Shown here one piece after another: positions 1-13,037 of a stretch of DNA of 64,000 nt. Each line of letters begins with the position of its first letter. Position 1 is the first letter of the stretch. Location: contig OX597818.1 of the NCBI GenBank assembly GCA_951406725.2, positions 30,194,001 to 30,258,000 on the forward strand, in the 5' to 3' direction. A program made the translations under genes and the position numbers. The stretch comes from Octopus vulgaris. Taxonomy: Eukaryota. The notes below the pieces were generated by a model. It saw only the letters and a program-made list of their open reading frames with translations, made no database searches and was not told the origin of the DNA.

Positions 1-410
1 CATTCATCATCATCATCATCGTCATTACTGTTTAACGTCCGTTTTCCATGCTAGCATGGGTTGGACGGTTTTGACTGAGAGCTGGCTGCACCAGGCTCCA
101 GTCTTGATCTGGCAGAGTTTCTACAGTTGGATGCCCTTCCTAACACCAACCACTCCGAGAGTGTAGTGGGTGCTTTTTACGTGCCACCTGCACGGGGGCC
201 AGTCAGGCGGTACTGGCAATGACCTCGCTTAAATCTCTTTACACGTGCCACCGATACAGGTGCCAGTGAAGCAACGTTGGTAATGATCACGCTCGAATGG
301 TGCCCTTTTACGTGCCATGGGTACAGTAGCCAGTTGGCTGCTCTGGCAACGATCATGCTCGGATGGTGTTCTTGGCACCCTACTAGCACAGGCATAAGTG
401 TCAGTAAAGC
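1..410 (-). mobile_element. Retroposon with (GAT)n 3' tail (family C, SINE/RTE-tail type)
   Basis: (CAT)n followed by gtttaacgtccgttttccatgctagcatgggttggac; the same sequence recurs at 5860-6008, 36548-36807 and 62281-62800, with internal cacgtaaaaagcacc-type repeats. Confidence 0.75.
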
Positions 411-504
411 ATTATATATGTAAATTCAGTTTATCCATTTCATATAGGATCTCAGTAGTAATGGGTTTAGAGGCAGTGTCTTCATAAGCATTTAAATAAA
501 GTTC

Positions 505-555
505 TTCATGCTGATGAAAACCTAATGTGGGATTGAAACTAGTGTGGTCAAACCC
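505..555 (+). ncRNA. Degenerate type I hammerhead ribozyme motif
   Basis: CTGATGA (511-517), aaacc/ggatt stem II, GAAAC, then GTC; stem I is not intact. Confidence 0.4.
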
Positions 556-796
556 TTTTTTTCTGTCCATGAAATACAGCATATAAAGTCGATGTGTTTA
601 CATTTACCTTATAATACAATATTGATCAAAACTCTGTAGGAAAGCATTAAAGCAAAAGACATTTAATACACCAGTAATTTACTTATTTTCATCCACTCTG
701 AAGTATCTGTATGTTGGCAAACAAATTGTGCCCTGCACAACTTGTTGAAGCATTTATATGATAAACAGTTGTAAAATGCTGTATTTTCCTGGTATC

Positions 797-1003
797 TAGC
801 TATTTGCAGAATCATTAGCATGCTGGGCAAAATGCTTAGTGGCATTTTGTCTGTCTTTACATTCTGAGTTCATATTCCACTGAGGTCAACTTTGCCTTTC
901 ATCCTTTGAGGATCAATAAATAAAGTACCAGTTGAACTTTGGGATTGATGTAATCGACTTTGCTTTTATCCCAAACTTTCTGGCCTTGTGCTAAAATTTG
1001 AAA
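797..1003 (+). mobile_element. tRNA-derived SINE (family B), diverged
   Basis: Homologous to the reverse complement of 8586-8814 (gcagaatc.ttagca..ctgggcaaaatgcttag...gactttgcctttcatcc). Confidence 0.7.
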
Positions 1004-1026
1004 TTATTATTATTATTATTATTATT

Positions 1027-1580
1027 GAGTGAGAGAGCAGTGCATGCCATCAAAGTGACACTGGGGTAAAATATACAAAGCCCAGTATACCCATTATGAC
1101 TACCCGTCTGATAAGGGTACACCAGGCACATGCATCAGAACCATATGTGCGCGACATGGTGATCTCATATCAAGATAAACAGCGCATGACCTTGCAGGTG
1201 GGGCCCAGTTAAAATTTTCTTCTGGTTGAATAACCCATCCCGCTCAAAAGGTCTCTGAATAAGGGTCGTTTAAGGATGTTGAACAAACCACCCATGTTTT
1301 CAAAGGTGAATTATCTAAACCTCTAAGAATTCCTTTCAACACATGGCTATGATGCTCACACACTACTTCTGCTCATGATCAGAGATGCACATATCGCCAG
1401 CCACTAAAGGACATGCTCAACTGGTTATGGTCAAACAACTGACAAGCAAATCTGTGGTATTGAGCAGAATATTTGCTGTAGCTCATCTTTTATATCAAGA
1501 CAAAACAATGTACATGACAACACTTCCAATCAGTTAAGATCAGAAGCCACAAGAGCCACTGCCTGGTACTGCATTAGGGC
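1027..1580. mobile_element. Interspersed repeat inserted in an (ATT)n microsatellite
   Basis: Complex ~550 bp segment bounded on both sides by (ATT)n tracts (1003-1026 and 1583-1649). Confidence 0.45.
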
Positions 1581-1595
1581 ATATTATTTTTATTG

Positions 1596-1649
<54 letters not shown>

Positions 1650-3034
1650 GGGTAGTGGATTGATAGAGCCATTAGAACATTGAACAAAATATCTTGCAGT
1701 TTTTATTCTAGCACTTTGTGTTTTGAGTTCAAATCCTGCTTTTATCACCCCATTGTTGATAAAATAGAGTACCAGTAAATTGACTAACCTTAAATTTCTG
1801 GCCTTATTGTGCCTATGTTATAAATGATTATCCTTAGTGAGTAGTTCTAGTCTCTCTATATGAGTAATCTTCAAGACTCACTGTAAACTTTGTAGTTTAT
1901 AAATTTATTTTCTTCCAGAGACTTTTTGCTGCTTTATCTGAAAATAATCAACAGCTGTCTCTGATGTGTTATTGGAACCACTTTGACTATTTTTGCCATA
2001 CTGTTTGGATATTTATCTATAATCTTTTAATACCCAAGATATATTAAGAGTAATTTGCTACTGATCTTCTCCACTTATAAGAATAAAGAAATTGAAATAG
2101 ATGAAACCATATTTACTAAAGAATTTTACATTTTGAATGAAAAATATCAATTTCCTTTCACTTCTTTGATTGAGTCAAAGCTGTACAAAAATAGTGTAAC
2201 AATATTCCATTACATTTTATGATAGTGATGAGATGATGGTTGCTGAAGTTCTGACTAAAAACATTTCTACTGACACTGCACCAGATTTTCTCTATCCAGT
2301 TCCATTACAGCACATTCTTTTCCTTTGGTAAAAAAAAAAAAAAAATTAAATTTTAAAAAAATGAAGAGGAAGAAGGTCTTGGCATATTTTAATAGTATTG
2401 CCAAGCTTCGAAATTGACAGAATTTTTGTTAAGAAAAATACTCAGAGCAGAGTATCTCTTTCTGTTTTACACATGCACACACGTGCATACATGCGCACAC
2501 ACAAACACACACATACACACACAGTTATGGGTATAGATGCAGATATTGATAGATGTGTGTGTGTGTGTGTGAATAGTAAATTTTTTTTTAATGCTAATTT
2601 TGGAAATAAAATGACATTTTAAGTACCACTCTTCTTCTGTAAGATATTCCAGATCTGCCTGTACTGTGAATTATCCTAGTTCTCCATGTATTAAAAAACT
2701 AAATCGACTGAAAGCACTTTTGTTCAAATGTTCTTATGGTTATATTGATTTCTTATCACGGCATAAAAGAGTTGCAACTGGATGATAGAATGCTGGTCTG
2801 TTGGTGAAAGGGTCAGTGGTTTTGATCCAGTTATTAATGTTATACTATGTCCCTAGCAGAGACTTAGTTCTTAATTACTCAACTCACTAACCTTAAATAG
2901 GTACCATGTTGCAGTATAGCCCACTAGTATAAGTAGAAATACAGTGTGCGATTAATAAGTGTTTCAGTAACTCAACTGTACTTATGTGTTTAGCTTGGAG
3001 AAGGTGGTATCAATTATACTCACTTGCCACCACC

Positions 3035-3068
<34 letters not shown>

Positions 3069-3243
3069 TCATCATCATTTTAGTGTCTACTTTCCCATGC
3101 TTGCATGGGTTAGCTGAAATTTATTAATGCAGATTTTTCATGGCCACTCACATTTTCATGGAAAATTGGAAACAAACACACAATTTTTGTTTGATGGTGA
3201 TGTTCGTTTACAATCATCATGCTTTGTAAGGCAAGGTGACAAA

Positions 3244-3280
<37 letters not shown>

Positions 3281-4916
3281 GCATTAGAAAGGACATCTGG
3301 TCATATACACCATGTAAAAACAGACAATAGAGCTTGGTACAACCCTACAGTTTACCAGTTCTTGTCAAACTGTCCAACCCATGCCAGCATGGACAATGGA
3401 TGTTAAATGACGATGATGATGATAATGATGAGGGACTTCTGTCACTTTCTGTTTTACCAAGTCTATTCAGAAAGCTTTGGATGGCCCAGAGTTATAGTAG
3501 AAGACACTTGTCCAAGTTACCATGCAGTTGGATTAACCTGATGCCATGTGGTTGGGAAGCAGACCTCTTTATTATGCACTTTGAAAACAGTCATCACAGC
3601 TACATGCAATGGCCTTGTAGACTATAAAAAAAGTCTTTTACATATGAAATTTTTTAAAAAATTGCAAGATAATAACCCTTTCTACTATAGGTATGAGGTC
3701 TGAAATTTTGGGAGAGGGCAATAGCTGATACATTGACCCCAGTGCTTGACTGGTACTTATTTCATTGACCGTGAAAGGATGAAAGGTAAAGTTGACCTTG
3801 ACAAAATTTGAACTCAATTTGCAAGAAAATAATAATATACATGACTGAACTTATTTTCTCCCTTGGTCTTCATAGGGTCTTCACCTTCTGCAGGTTCCTC
3901 CCACTTGGACCATTTGGCACTTCTAACTTCCAATACCAATGCAGTAATCTCTCTTACACACTACAATCAATTCATCTTATACCCAGTTTTTTTTTCCTCA
4001 GTTCTTTTGTACATTAATTTTATACATCCATTTCTACATCTAATATTGCACTTAGCACACAAGCATCAACTAAGTAATAGAAGCTACTAACAACTTCTAG
4101 GGAGTATTTAAGATATTTGAAGGAATTAATTTTATGGGTGATTTACTAACAATGACTTCTTCACTTCTGCTACATATATACAAAGTCATTCTATGTCCGT
4201 CTGCCTGTGAGTGCAGGCATGGCTCAGTGGTTAAGAAGTTTGCATTGTGCAGCACATTGGACAAGCATCTTCTGCCATAGCCACAGTCTGGCCAATACCT
4301 TGTGAGTAAAATTCAATAGACAGAAATTGTGGAACACCATATATATATATATATCATCATCATCATCATTATTTAATGCCCATCTTCCATACTGGCATGA
4401 GTTGGACAGTTTGACAAGCTAGAGGACAGCACCAAGTGCCACCATCTGTTTTGACATGGTTTTTATGGTTAGATGCCCTTCCTAAGACCAACCACTTTAC
4501 AGAGTGAACTGGGTGCTTTTTACATTGCACCAGCACTTGAAAGTTCTGCTTTGGCATGGTTTTTACAGCTGGATGCCCTTACAAATACCAACCACTTTAC
4601 AGAGTGGACTTGATGCTTTTTATATGGCATCAGCACTGGCAAGGTTACCAAGTAACTTGCAAGAGAGTACTGGTGGTATATATATGTATATATATACATG
4701 TGTGTGTGTGTGTGTGTGTGTGTTCGCGCGCATGTGTGTGTGTGTTGTGTGTGTGTTCGCGCGCGCGTGTGTGTGTGTGTGTCGCGCGCGCGTGTGTGTG
4801 TGTGTGTGTGTGTGCATGTGTGCGTGTATCATCAGTGGATCATATATCTGAAAAAGAAACCCTCTAAATGTTAGAGTAGTAATGTTTTTACATGAAGTTA
4901 AAAATATGTCTTGTCA

Positions 4917-4980
4917 TAGAGTGACCACTGGTTTTGCATCCATAAAGCACTTAGCTTTATAGAGAACTCATCAGATTCCA
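4917..4980 (-). ncRNA. Type I hammerhead ribozyme (decayed) at the 3' end of a PLE fragment
   Basis: Minus strand reads gaat CTGATGA gttc tctataaagc taagt gctttatgga tgc aAAA ccagtgg TC actc; GAAA is mutated to AAAA. A related copy lies at 60111-60181. Confidence 0.6.
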
Positions 4981-5239
4981 ATGGCTGGAGGCATATAAAC
5001 TCTCTTCAAACTGGAGGTAGAAAACCGTTATGGTCAGTTAATTTGTAAACAAAAGAATAATATACACTGTCTGAGCCTTAAATAAGATGGTTTATCATAC
5101 TAAGACCAGTCCAGTCAGCAAATCTTGTGGACCTAAAGGGCAAACAGGAAATCTCCACCCTTAGGTTGGTTCCAGTCAGCAAGCACTTTTTACAGTTCTA
5201 ATCAGTGAACAAGGAACCCCACACCTGCAGCAGGTAGCA

Positions 5240-5790
5240 TTTGAAATAGAGGCAGGAACTATAGATCCTGCATCTTGAGTTTAAGAGAGACCTCAGGTCC
5301 AGTGAGTCTTTGAGGATCTTTTCCCACTCTGCTAATCAAAGCTTGCATCATATGCTCCCATTTTTATAGGAGCCTTGTTGCTCTATGATTCTCCATTTAA
5401 TTTCATATGGAATTCCTTCATCTTTAACCCTTTCAATACCAACCTGACTGAAACTGCATCTGGCTCTTTAGTACAAATGTCTTGTTTTCATAAGTTCTGA
5501 ATTAAAATCTTCCACCAAACTTTAGTCCCAATTTATGTTCCTAACACTAGCTTAATGATAACTAAGTTATTTTACTAAATTCTTTGTTATATTTAAAATT
5601 AATTGAAAGAAACATAGAGCATCTCAAAAGAAATATGGTAACAAAAGGATTAAGGCACCACACATGGCTGGCCAGGGGCATGATGTAACATCTTTCCTGA
5701 ACTCTAAAAGAGGACCTGTGGTTGTACAGGCACTGCTTAAAGGCAGTTATGGCTGACCCAATGTATCTCAAAACATGAGTGCTGGTTGTG
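5240..5790 (-). pseudogene. Penelope-like (Naiad-type) GIY-YIG endonuclease fragment, split by a MITE
   Basis: RYIGSAITAFKQCLYNHRSSF...LASHVWCL|KDEGIPYEIKWRIIEQQGSYKNGSI*CKL*LAEWEKIL...LLNSR aligns with the EN at 47505-47921; the frame is restored when the TTAA MITE is removed. Confidence 0.8.
5424..5653. mobile_element. piggyBac-type MITE (TTAA target duplication)
   Basis: TTAA-CCCTTT...AAAGGA-TTAA ends; inverted homolog at 17126-17344. Confidence 0.8.
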
Positions 5791-5859
5791 TTCTTACCTC
5801 ACTCTATGACCGGACATATATTTAACTTCATATGCATGTGTGTGTGTATATATATATAT

Positions 5860-6008
5860 ATTGGAAGGGCATCCAGCTGTAGAAACACTGCCAGATCAGA
5901 CTGGGCCTGGTGCAGCCTCCTGGCTTCCCAGACCCCAGTCGAACCATCTAACCTATGCTTGCATGGAAAGCGGACGTTAAACGATGATGATGATGATGAT
6001 GATGATGA
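5860..6008 (+). mobile_element. Family C retroposon 3' end with (GAT)n tail
   Basis: ggaagggcatccagctgtagaaacactgccagatcagac...ggacgttaaacgatgatgat. Confidence 0.75.
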
Positions 6009-6046
6009 TATATATATATATAATCTGTAACTTAATGTAATAAAGT

Positions 6047-6119
6047 GTTTTCTGATGATGGTTGAACATCTAAATGTACTAGGAATACCTATTGCAGAGC
6101 TTCAAACATGTGTAGAAAC
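6047..6119 (+). ncRNA. Degenerate type I hammerhead ribozyme motif
   Basis: gtttt CTGATGA ...long stem II... cAAA catgtg TA gaaac: stem I gtttt/gaaac, near-palindromic stem III, follows a (TA)n tract. Confidence 0.45.
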
Positions 6120-8585
6120 TTTATTATAAACTTGTGTTTATCCTTATTTCTCTTTTGTACGTGTATGTTTGTATCTCCAAAAGTGAGGGATCCCAAGCTG
6201 ATGTCTCAGCATCCTTCTAGGAAAGGGACACTTTGATGTAAAATCTACTGTTGCATATTCAGCTGTAGAAACCAAGCCCAAATTTGCTAAGCCGTCCAAC
6301 CCATGTCAGCATGGAAAAACACATTAAATGTTGATGATGATGATCATGATGAAACATATATAACTGGTTTACCAAATGGTAGTTCAGTCCAACTGAGTTT
6401 ATCTCTCTTTACTCCAAGGACAATGTACATTTTGTTTCTAAAGAGGTCAATAATAATTTACCAAATGTCAAAGCATTAAAGTCAATATAATCAACTAAAA
6501 TATTGGTAGACAGTAACCCAGCATGGTTAAGTTCATTGAATGAAACTAGTAAAAGAATAAAAGAATAAATGATAAGAGTCTTTCTGGAAGTTTTTTCTAA
6601 TACAAATAAACTTGTGTAACTGTTATCGATTGCATGGAACTTGAGCAACTATATATTTCTCAATAAAGGTACCTTTGCAGTCAATTTAGAATTTTTATTT
6701 AAGGAATGGGCAAAACTCATGAGGAAGTCTTATGTCAGCACAGGAATCACAGGCTGCTGTTATCACTTCTCAAATTAATAGATTAAATTTTACTAGAGTA
6801 CTAAACTATTTGAGCAACTAAAATCTCTCCTCTCTGACAGTTTGCATTGGACTAAATGCCTTTCAGTTTTTAGTTTTGTCCCTCTTTATTCTGTGTTAAT
6901 ATCTTACCAAGACCTCTGTGACTGAAAAGTGAGTACCAATAAATTGATTCAATTCATCATATCTGCTCTTTTGGTTTATTGTGTCTCAATAAGAAACATT
7001 AATTTCTTTCACTTAAGTGTCATTTAAAAAAATGTACTTGTTTAAGGGACACTACAACTAATTCTACTGGAATGTCATAGTAAATTATGTCTCGAAATAC
7101 CTTTCTAGAATTTGGAAAGTTCTAAATTCTGAAACACATTTAGCCCTAAGCATTCCATATAAAATATTCTAATAAAATATCTGAAATATAACACTGGAGA
7201 ATTTGTGTTTGTGAACTGCTAATAGTAGTTAAATCAAATTGTTGATTGCATATAAAACTCAAGCTATGTATTGTCTACTAGAAAAATAAAGTTATAAAGA
7301 AAAAAACAATTAGATGAAGAGAAAATCTTTTTAGAAACAAGTATTTTAACGTTTCATATGGCAAGTATGTTTGAGCAAGAAACTGCAGGAGTATCTCATT
7401 TAAAATATAGTTTCACTTTGTTTCAAATACATATAATTTCACCTATATTATTTTTGAAAAGAGCAATGGATTGGTAAAATCAGCAGAGTAAAGGATGAAA
7501 TTCCTAATAATATTCAGATGCATACCTTTATGTGAGTTCAAATTCTGCTATGGTTGGCTTTACATTTCATCCTTCTGGGCATGATAAGATAGCTACCAGT
7601 TGATCTAACTGAATGTATCCATTCTCTCAATTTGAGGCCTTGTGCCCATGTTAGAAATATCTTTCAGAACAAAAGAAAATAATGACACCCCCTTTCCCTG
7701 AAATATAAAATAAAATATTTCTAAGTTTCAAGATTATACTTTTGAGCTTATACTTTTGAGCTTTATATTGTTTGTTACAATTTTTCAAATAAACATTATT
7801 TATCTGTCTCTTTGCTTGGTTGTTTATCTGCATGTCTGTCTGTGCTTCTGAATACCAGTGTGTCATGGATATTAGTGTATCTGTCTTCCTAGCTATATAT
7901 CTACAAGTCAGAAAATTTTCTGAGATAACAGCACACGCATTTTCATTACACCATGTAACGGAAGTTGACTTTTTCCATTTATTCTTTCACTGTAAACACT
8001 TAATATCATAGCTCCATATAATTCATAATTTATATAAACATTTGTTGAGTACTTTTCTGAAAAATCTTCACTAATTCTAAGTATGATGTATCATATAAAG
8101 TACACATATTTTGTTATTCACTATGTGTTCCCCTAGGAAGTTAATTCCATGTTGAGCAACTTCATTTAGTTGGATATGGAATGCGCTTGTTTTTGTCATA
8201 TTAATTTGTTTCAGGACATTTTACAGCTAACCTCCTGTGATTGATAGTTTTATACTACTAGCTACAGAAAGATTCTACCTTTTTTTTTTATATCACCTGA
8301 TAAGAGATAAAAGTTCTCAAAACATCATTCTGTTGCAGAAGACTTGCCACAAGTTAACATTATACATATTTCTTTAATATCATGTTGTGTATCAGAAGTT
8401 GACTATTTCCTGTTATTCTTTCATTATAAACTTCTTATTGTAACCCCAAATAATTCATTATTTATTTCCTAATTTATATTCATTGAATGCATGCTAGTAA
8501 ATATTAGAATATCAGTGTGTGTGTGTGTGTGTGTCTGTGTGTGTTTGTGTGTGTTTATCCATATCTAACATATGAAATATATCTG

Positions 8586-8814
8586 TTTCTTTATTGCCCA
8601 CAAGGGGTTAAACATAGGGGGGACAAACAAGGACAGACAAATGGATTAAGTCGATTACATCGACCCCAGTGCGTAACTGGTACTTAATTTATTGACCCCG
8701 AAAGGATGAAAGGCAAAGTCGACCTCGGCGGAATTTGAACTCAGAACGCAACGACAGACGCAATACCACTAAGCATTTCGCCCGGTGTGCTAACATTTCT
8801 GCCAGCTCGCCGCC
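8586..8814 (-). mobile_element. tRNA-derived SINE (family B), full length with 16-bp TSD
   Basis: Head ggcggcgagctggcagaaatgttagc with a B-box-like gagttcaaattcc; perfect TSD atatgaaatatatctg at 8570-8585 and 8815-8830. Confidence 0.9.
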
Positions 8815-9510
8815 ATATGAAATATATCTGCCTGTCTATCTATCTGGGTAGTTATTTTTATATCTGACTCTCTAAGTAGCATTATAAAATATCTTGCAAG
8901 CTTAAAATCACAAAAGGTGATGCTTAATTCCACGAGTAGTAGGGTGTTACTAAGCTTAGTTGATTAGCACAGTGGCCAGGGTTAACTTTAGGTAGTGAGT
9001 GCTGCTTCATTGACTCCCAACTTGGATATCAGCCAATCGTTATTTGCTGTTTCCAATTGGCAGTTACTGCACCATAATTAAATCCCCATTCCCTGGCACC
9101 TTATTCTCTACCTTATCTCCACCTCTGTTCTCCTTACTTTAACAATATCATTTTGGAAATGAACTATTTCCAGTTTATCCTTTACATGCTTGTCCCCAAT
9201 TTTCAATCGCTTCATTCATTAACATTATTTTTGCATTTGTTCAATGATTTTGAATTTACTCCTCTTTATTTTCTTTTTTGTCTTTCCCTTACATTTCCCT
9301 TGTCTCTTAAGATTTTTCCTTTCTTGTTCAGTCCCATAGTAGATTTATTATTCACCATCACCAACCCCAGCATATTTCTTTGCTTTTCTCATTGTTACTC
9401 TCTTTCTCCCATTCCCATTTTCTTCTTTCATTGCTTTTATTGTTTCTCTCCCTTCCTCCCCCCTCTCTCTTCTTTTTTCTCTCCATACCTTTTCTATCAT
9501 GGTGCCTCAA

Positions 9511-9511
<1 letters not shown>

Positions 9512-9570
<59 letters not shown>
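9512..9570. repeat. (CA)n microsatellite
   Basis: Direct read. Confidence 0.95.
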
Positions 9571-12500
9571 TCGCTCACACAAGCATGCATAAATTTACTT
9601 AATTTGTATAATTTTTAAAAAAGCATGGTTTTTCCTTTTATATTTCCTGCTTTATGTTCAATATTTTCTTTTTGTTTCTTTTACATTTTGTTGACTGAAT
9701 TCTTTTAGATTTTCATTTATAGAAAAAAAATATAGAGTGGGTTAACAACTTGAAAAGATAGTGAGGTAATAAGGTCATTTTGTGAGCAAAAGAAATTGGT
9801 TATAAAGTTATGCAGATGCAATAAGAATGGGTGATGTGGTTTTGGGTGGTGAACCAGTGGTAGGTCATTGACTGAAGAGAAGTGAACCAAAAAAAAAAAA
9901 CATACTAAGAACTGAGGTCACATTAATTGGATTAAATCTTAAATTGATAGGATTTACGGAAGAAATTAGAAAAGTCAAGGATAGATGAAAAGAAGTTTTC
10001 GTGCAGACATATCCAACTTAAAAGTTAATGGTATTGGCAATTATTGAAGTAGTGTAATGACAATAGGCTAATGAAGAAGGCCTCTAAGTAGTTACTCATC
10101 CTCCAAGAAATAGCAGCCTAGCATCCCTAAAAGGGGCACACGCATTGGATAATATAGTCTCTGATGCATTAGGTCTGAAAAAAAGATGTGATGATCATTG
10201 ATTGAAATGCTTTTTATCATAGTCCATATGTAAAACTTTTTGGAGAGAAAAAAAATGAAGGTGCAAAGTGAAAAAAATAACATTGGTTGTAAATAGCAAC
10301 ATTGCTGGAGAGAAAGAATTTTGTTTTCATATTGACTATTGCTACCCCTTTTGAAGTTTTACAATTACTTAATGAGGTATGGGTTTATGCGAAGGTTTTC
10401 TTTAGAAGTCATTTTGTTTATTGTTTTAGTGTTTCCCTTTGACATATTATTTTAACATTTCTTTTGAAATGTTCTGAGTTATGATCTTGTACAGTGTTGA
10501 ATGACCAATTTTGGATAATGCTGTCCATTATAAAGTGCCGGAGATGATAAGGTGCAGGGAAGACAAAGCAGCTGTAGCTGGGGAAAAGTTTTGGTATCAC
10601 TAATGTAAATAAGTTGGATGTTAGAAGAATGTCATGGATACAAAACTGTACTAAAAGATATTATAAGAGAGACTGCAGGGAAACCAGCCAGTTTCAATGG
10701 AGCTGAATCCATTGTAATTACAATATAGAATATAAAGTAAAGTACATGATGTATTTACATAAAAATGTAGGAGGGTTAAATAAGATTTCTTATCTATCTG
10801 TGCTAACTATGAGTATGAAATTGATTTTGATAATAAACATTCCACCAACATATAAATACTACAGGAGGTAGATTACATCTAAAATTTATATTAAATTTTT
10901 TTTTAAAGAATTTTGCTATTGACTTGTTTTGTAAACGTAATATAATATATAATGGTTATTCTCTGCATGAAGACAAGAAAAGAAAAGAACAGTCTGCCAT
11001 GTTTTTAGAGCATAACACATCTTTACATCCTTCATACATACAGAATTTGATAAAATTATTCAACAAAGTGAAAACTGGGATTGCAATTTTACAGTAATAT
11101 TGAAATTGAGAAGCAATTAGTTTTTCAAAAAAATTCATAGTAACTGCCACTGGTAGAGTTAAATGCTAATAATATTGGTGCCACAAGCTTATTGGAAAAT
11201 TATAGGAATTAAGCATTAATTTTGTAGCCATTTTATCTATTTGCCAAGATGTTAGATAAATATTTTTGGTTTCCATTTCTCATTATAGATTTTGCTGCTT
11301 TATCATACTATTCTCTGCAGCCATTTGCAGTTCACCATATATTGATATTCCATGATATTTATTTGAATTTGTGTTTTATTTATGCATTTACTTTCTCTTC
11401 CAAGAAGCCTGCTTAAGAATGAAATAGATATCAGTGCAATAAAGCATGCAGTGAGCTAGTTTGGTCTAGTTGGTAAAGAACTAAACTACAGAGTCAGGAG
11501 AATTGATTCATTTACAACTCCATTAGTGAGTTTTAGTTATCACCAATTTGGAAAAATTTATGTGTGAGAATGGTTAGTTGGATGTTAGTTTGTGAAACCA
11601 AATAATATCCCAAATATAGCTGAGTTTTCATTCTCTGGTACCAGTATATTTGTTAGTTAATCTTTTTAGGATGTTTGAGTCTAGTATGTTTTTGGTTTTT
11701 GTTTTACATTCCATCTATGTTGCCTGTCATGTTTTTGGTATCATTATTTGTTCAAGCTATTTGTTAAAGCATTTAATTCTAATAAAATTTTGAGGGGAAA
11801 TATCTAAGTCTTTTATTATAAGATTGGGGTGTTTCATTGACACAACTTTGTTGGTTTGATTGTAGAGCAATAGCTATTAGTTTTATGTAACATTTCTCTT
11901 TAGTTCACAAATTTTGTGGCTGAAAAAAATAAATGAGTTGACTTTGGACAGTCAAAGAATCTTGAGTTTAGACTGATTTTTCTGTGGTGTGAGTGGATTT
12001 TTCATGAAAGTAAGTAACAGAGGCATATATAAACACAGTGGTCCTTTACACTCTGATTTCAAATCTTTCTGTGGTTGAGCTTGCCATTCATCCTTCTGGA
12101 ATGAATAAAATAAAGAACTAGTTAAGTACTGTGTTGAATAATTGATTCTACCCCTCCATTCAAATTTATGTTAGAAATCAATATTAAAGTTGGTGGAGAT
12201 GTGATTAGTTATGAACCAGATTGTGCAACTGAAATTCAAAAAGGAAAATAGTTTCTTTCTGTGGTGTGCTGAATGAAAATAATTTTTATCTTCCAAATAA
12301 TCTAATTATTACAATTAGGTGATGATTAAAATTGACCTATTGATATCAGTGAGGGTTAGTTTTTAGACTTTGAAAGTCAGGATTTTGTCTATTGCAGAAA
12401 CTGCATATTTGTTAATTGATCTTTTTCAGGGTGCTTGACTTATAGTTTTTTAAGTAATTTCTTTTAGATACCATTCTAACTATTAAATACTTGATAAATA

Positions 12501-12596
12501 TAGTAAGTGTAGCACCTGTCTTTTCTTAGTCAGTGTTTAGTGAGGTGCAAGGTGATGGCTCTAGTCATGAAAACTGAAAAAACCCCATACAGACAC

Positions 12597-12755
12597 AGGC
12601 ATGGTTGTGTAGTAAGAAGCTTGCTTCCCAACCACATGGTTCCAGGTCCAGTCCCACTGCATGGCACCTTGAGTGAGTGTCTTCTATAGTTTTGTAGTTT
12701 TAGGCTAACCAAAGCCTTGTGTGTGGATTTGGTAGACAGAAACTGAAAGAACATC

Positions 12756-12790
<35 letters not shown>

Positions 12791-12798
12791 TGCATCTA

Positions 12799-12853
<55 letters not shown>

Positions 12854-13037
12854 GTATATATTTATGTGTCTGTGTTTGTCCCCCCACCATTGCTTGACAA
12901 CAGATTTTGGTGTGCTTATGTTCCCATAACTTAATGGTTTGGCAAAAGAGACCAATAAAATAAGTACTAGGCTTACAAGGAGTGAGTCCTGGGGTTGATT
13001 TCTTCAACTAAAGAAACAAGTAAAAGAAAGTAAAAGA
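12597..13037 (+). mobile_element. tRNA-derived SINE (family A, CORE-like, Octopus OR-type)
   Basis: ggcatggttgtgtagtaagaagcttgcttcccaaccacatggttcc...ccttg...internal TA/TG tract...gaaacaagtaaaagaaag tail. Confidence 0.8.

Noticed and set aside
9153-9602. 149-aa hydrophobic ORF
   Set aside because: Pyrimidine-rich low-complexity DNA plus (CA)n; not evidence of a membrane protein.
9700-11150. Possible old LINE APE endonuclease region
   Set aside because: Only isolated weak motifs; no continuous translation could be supported.
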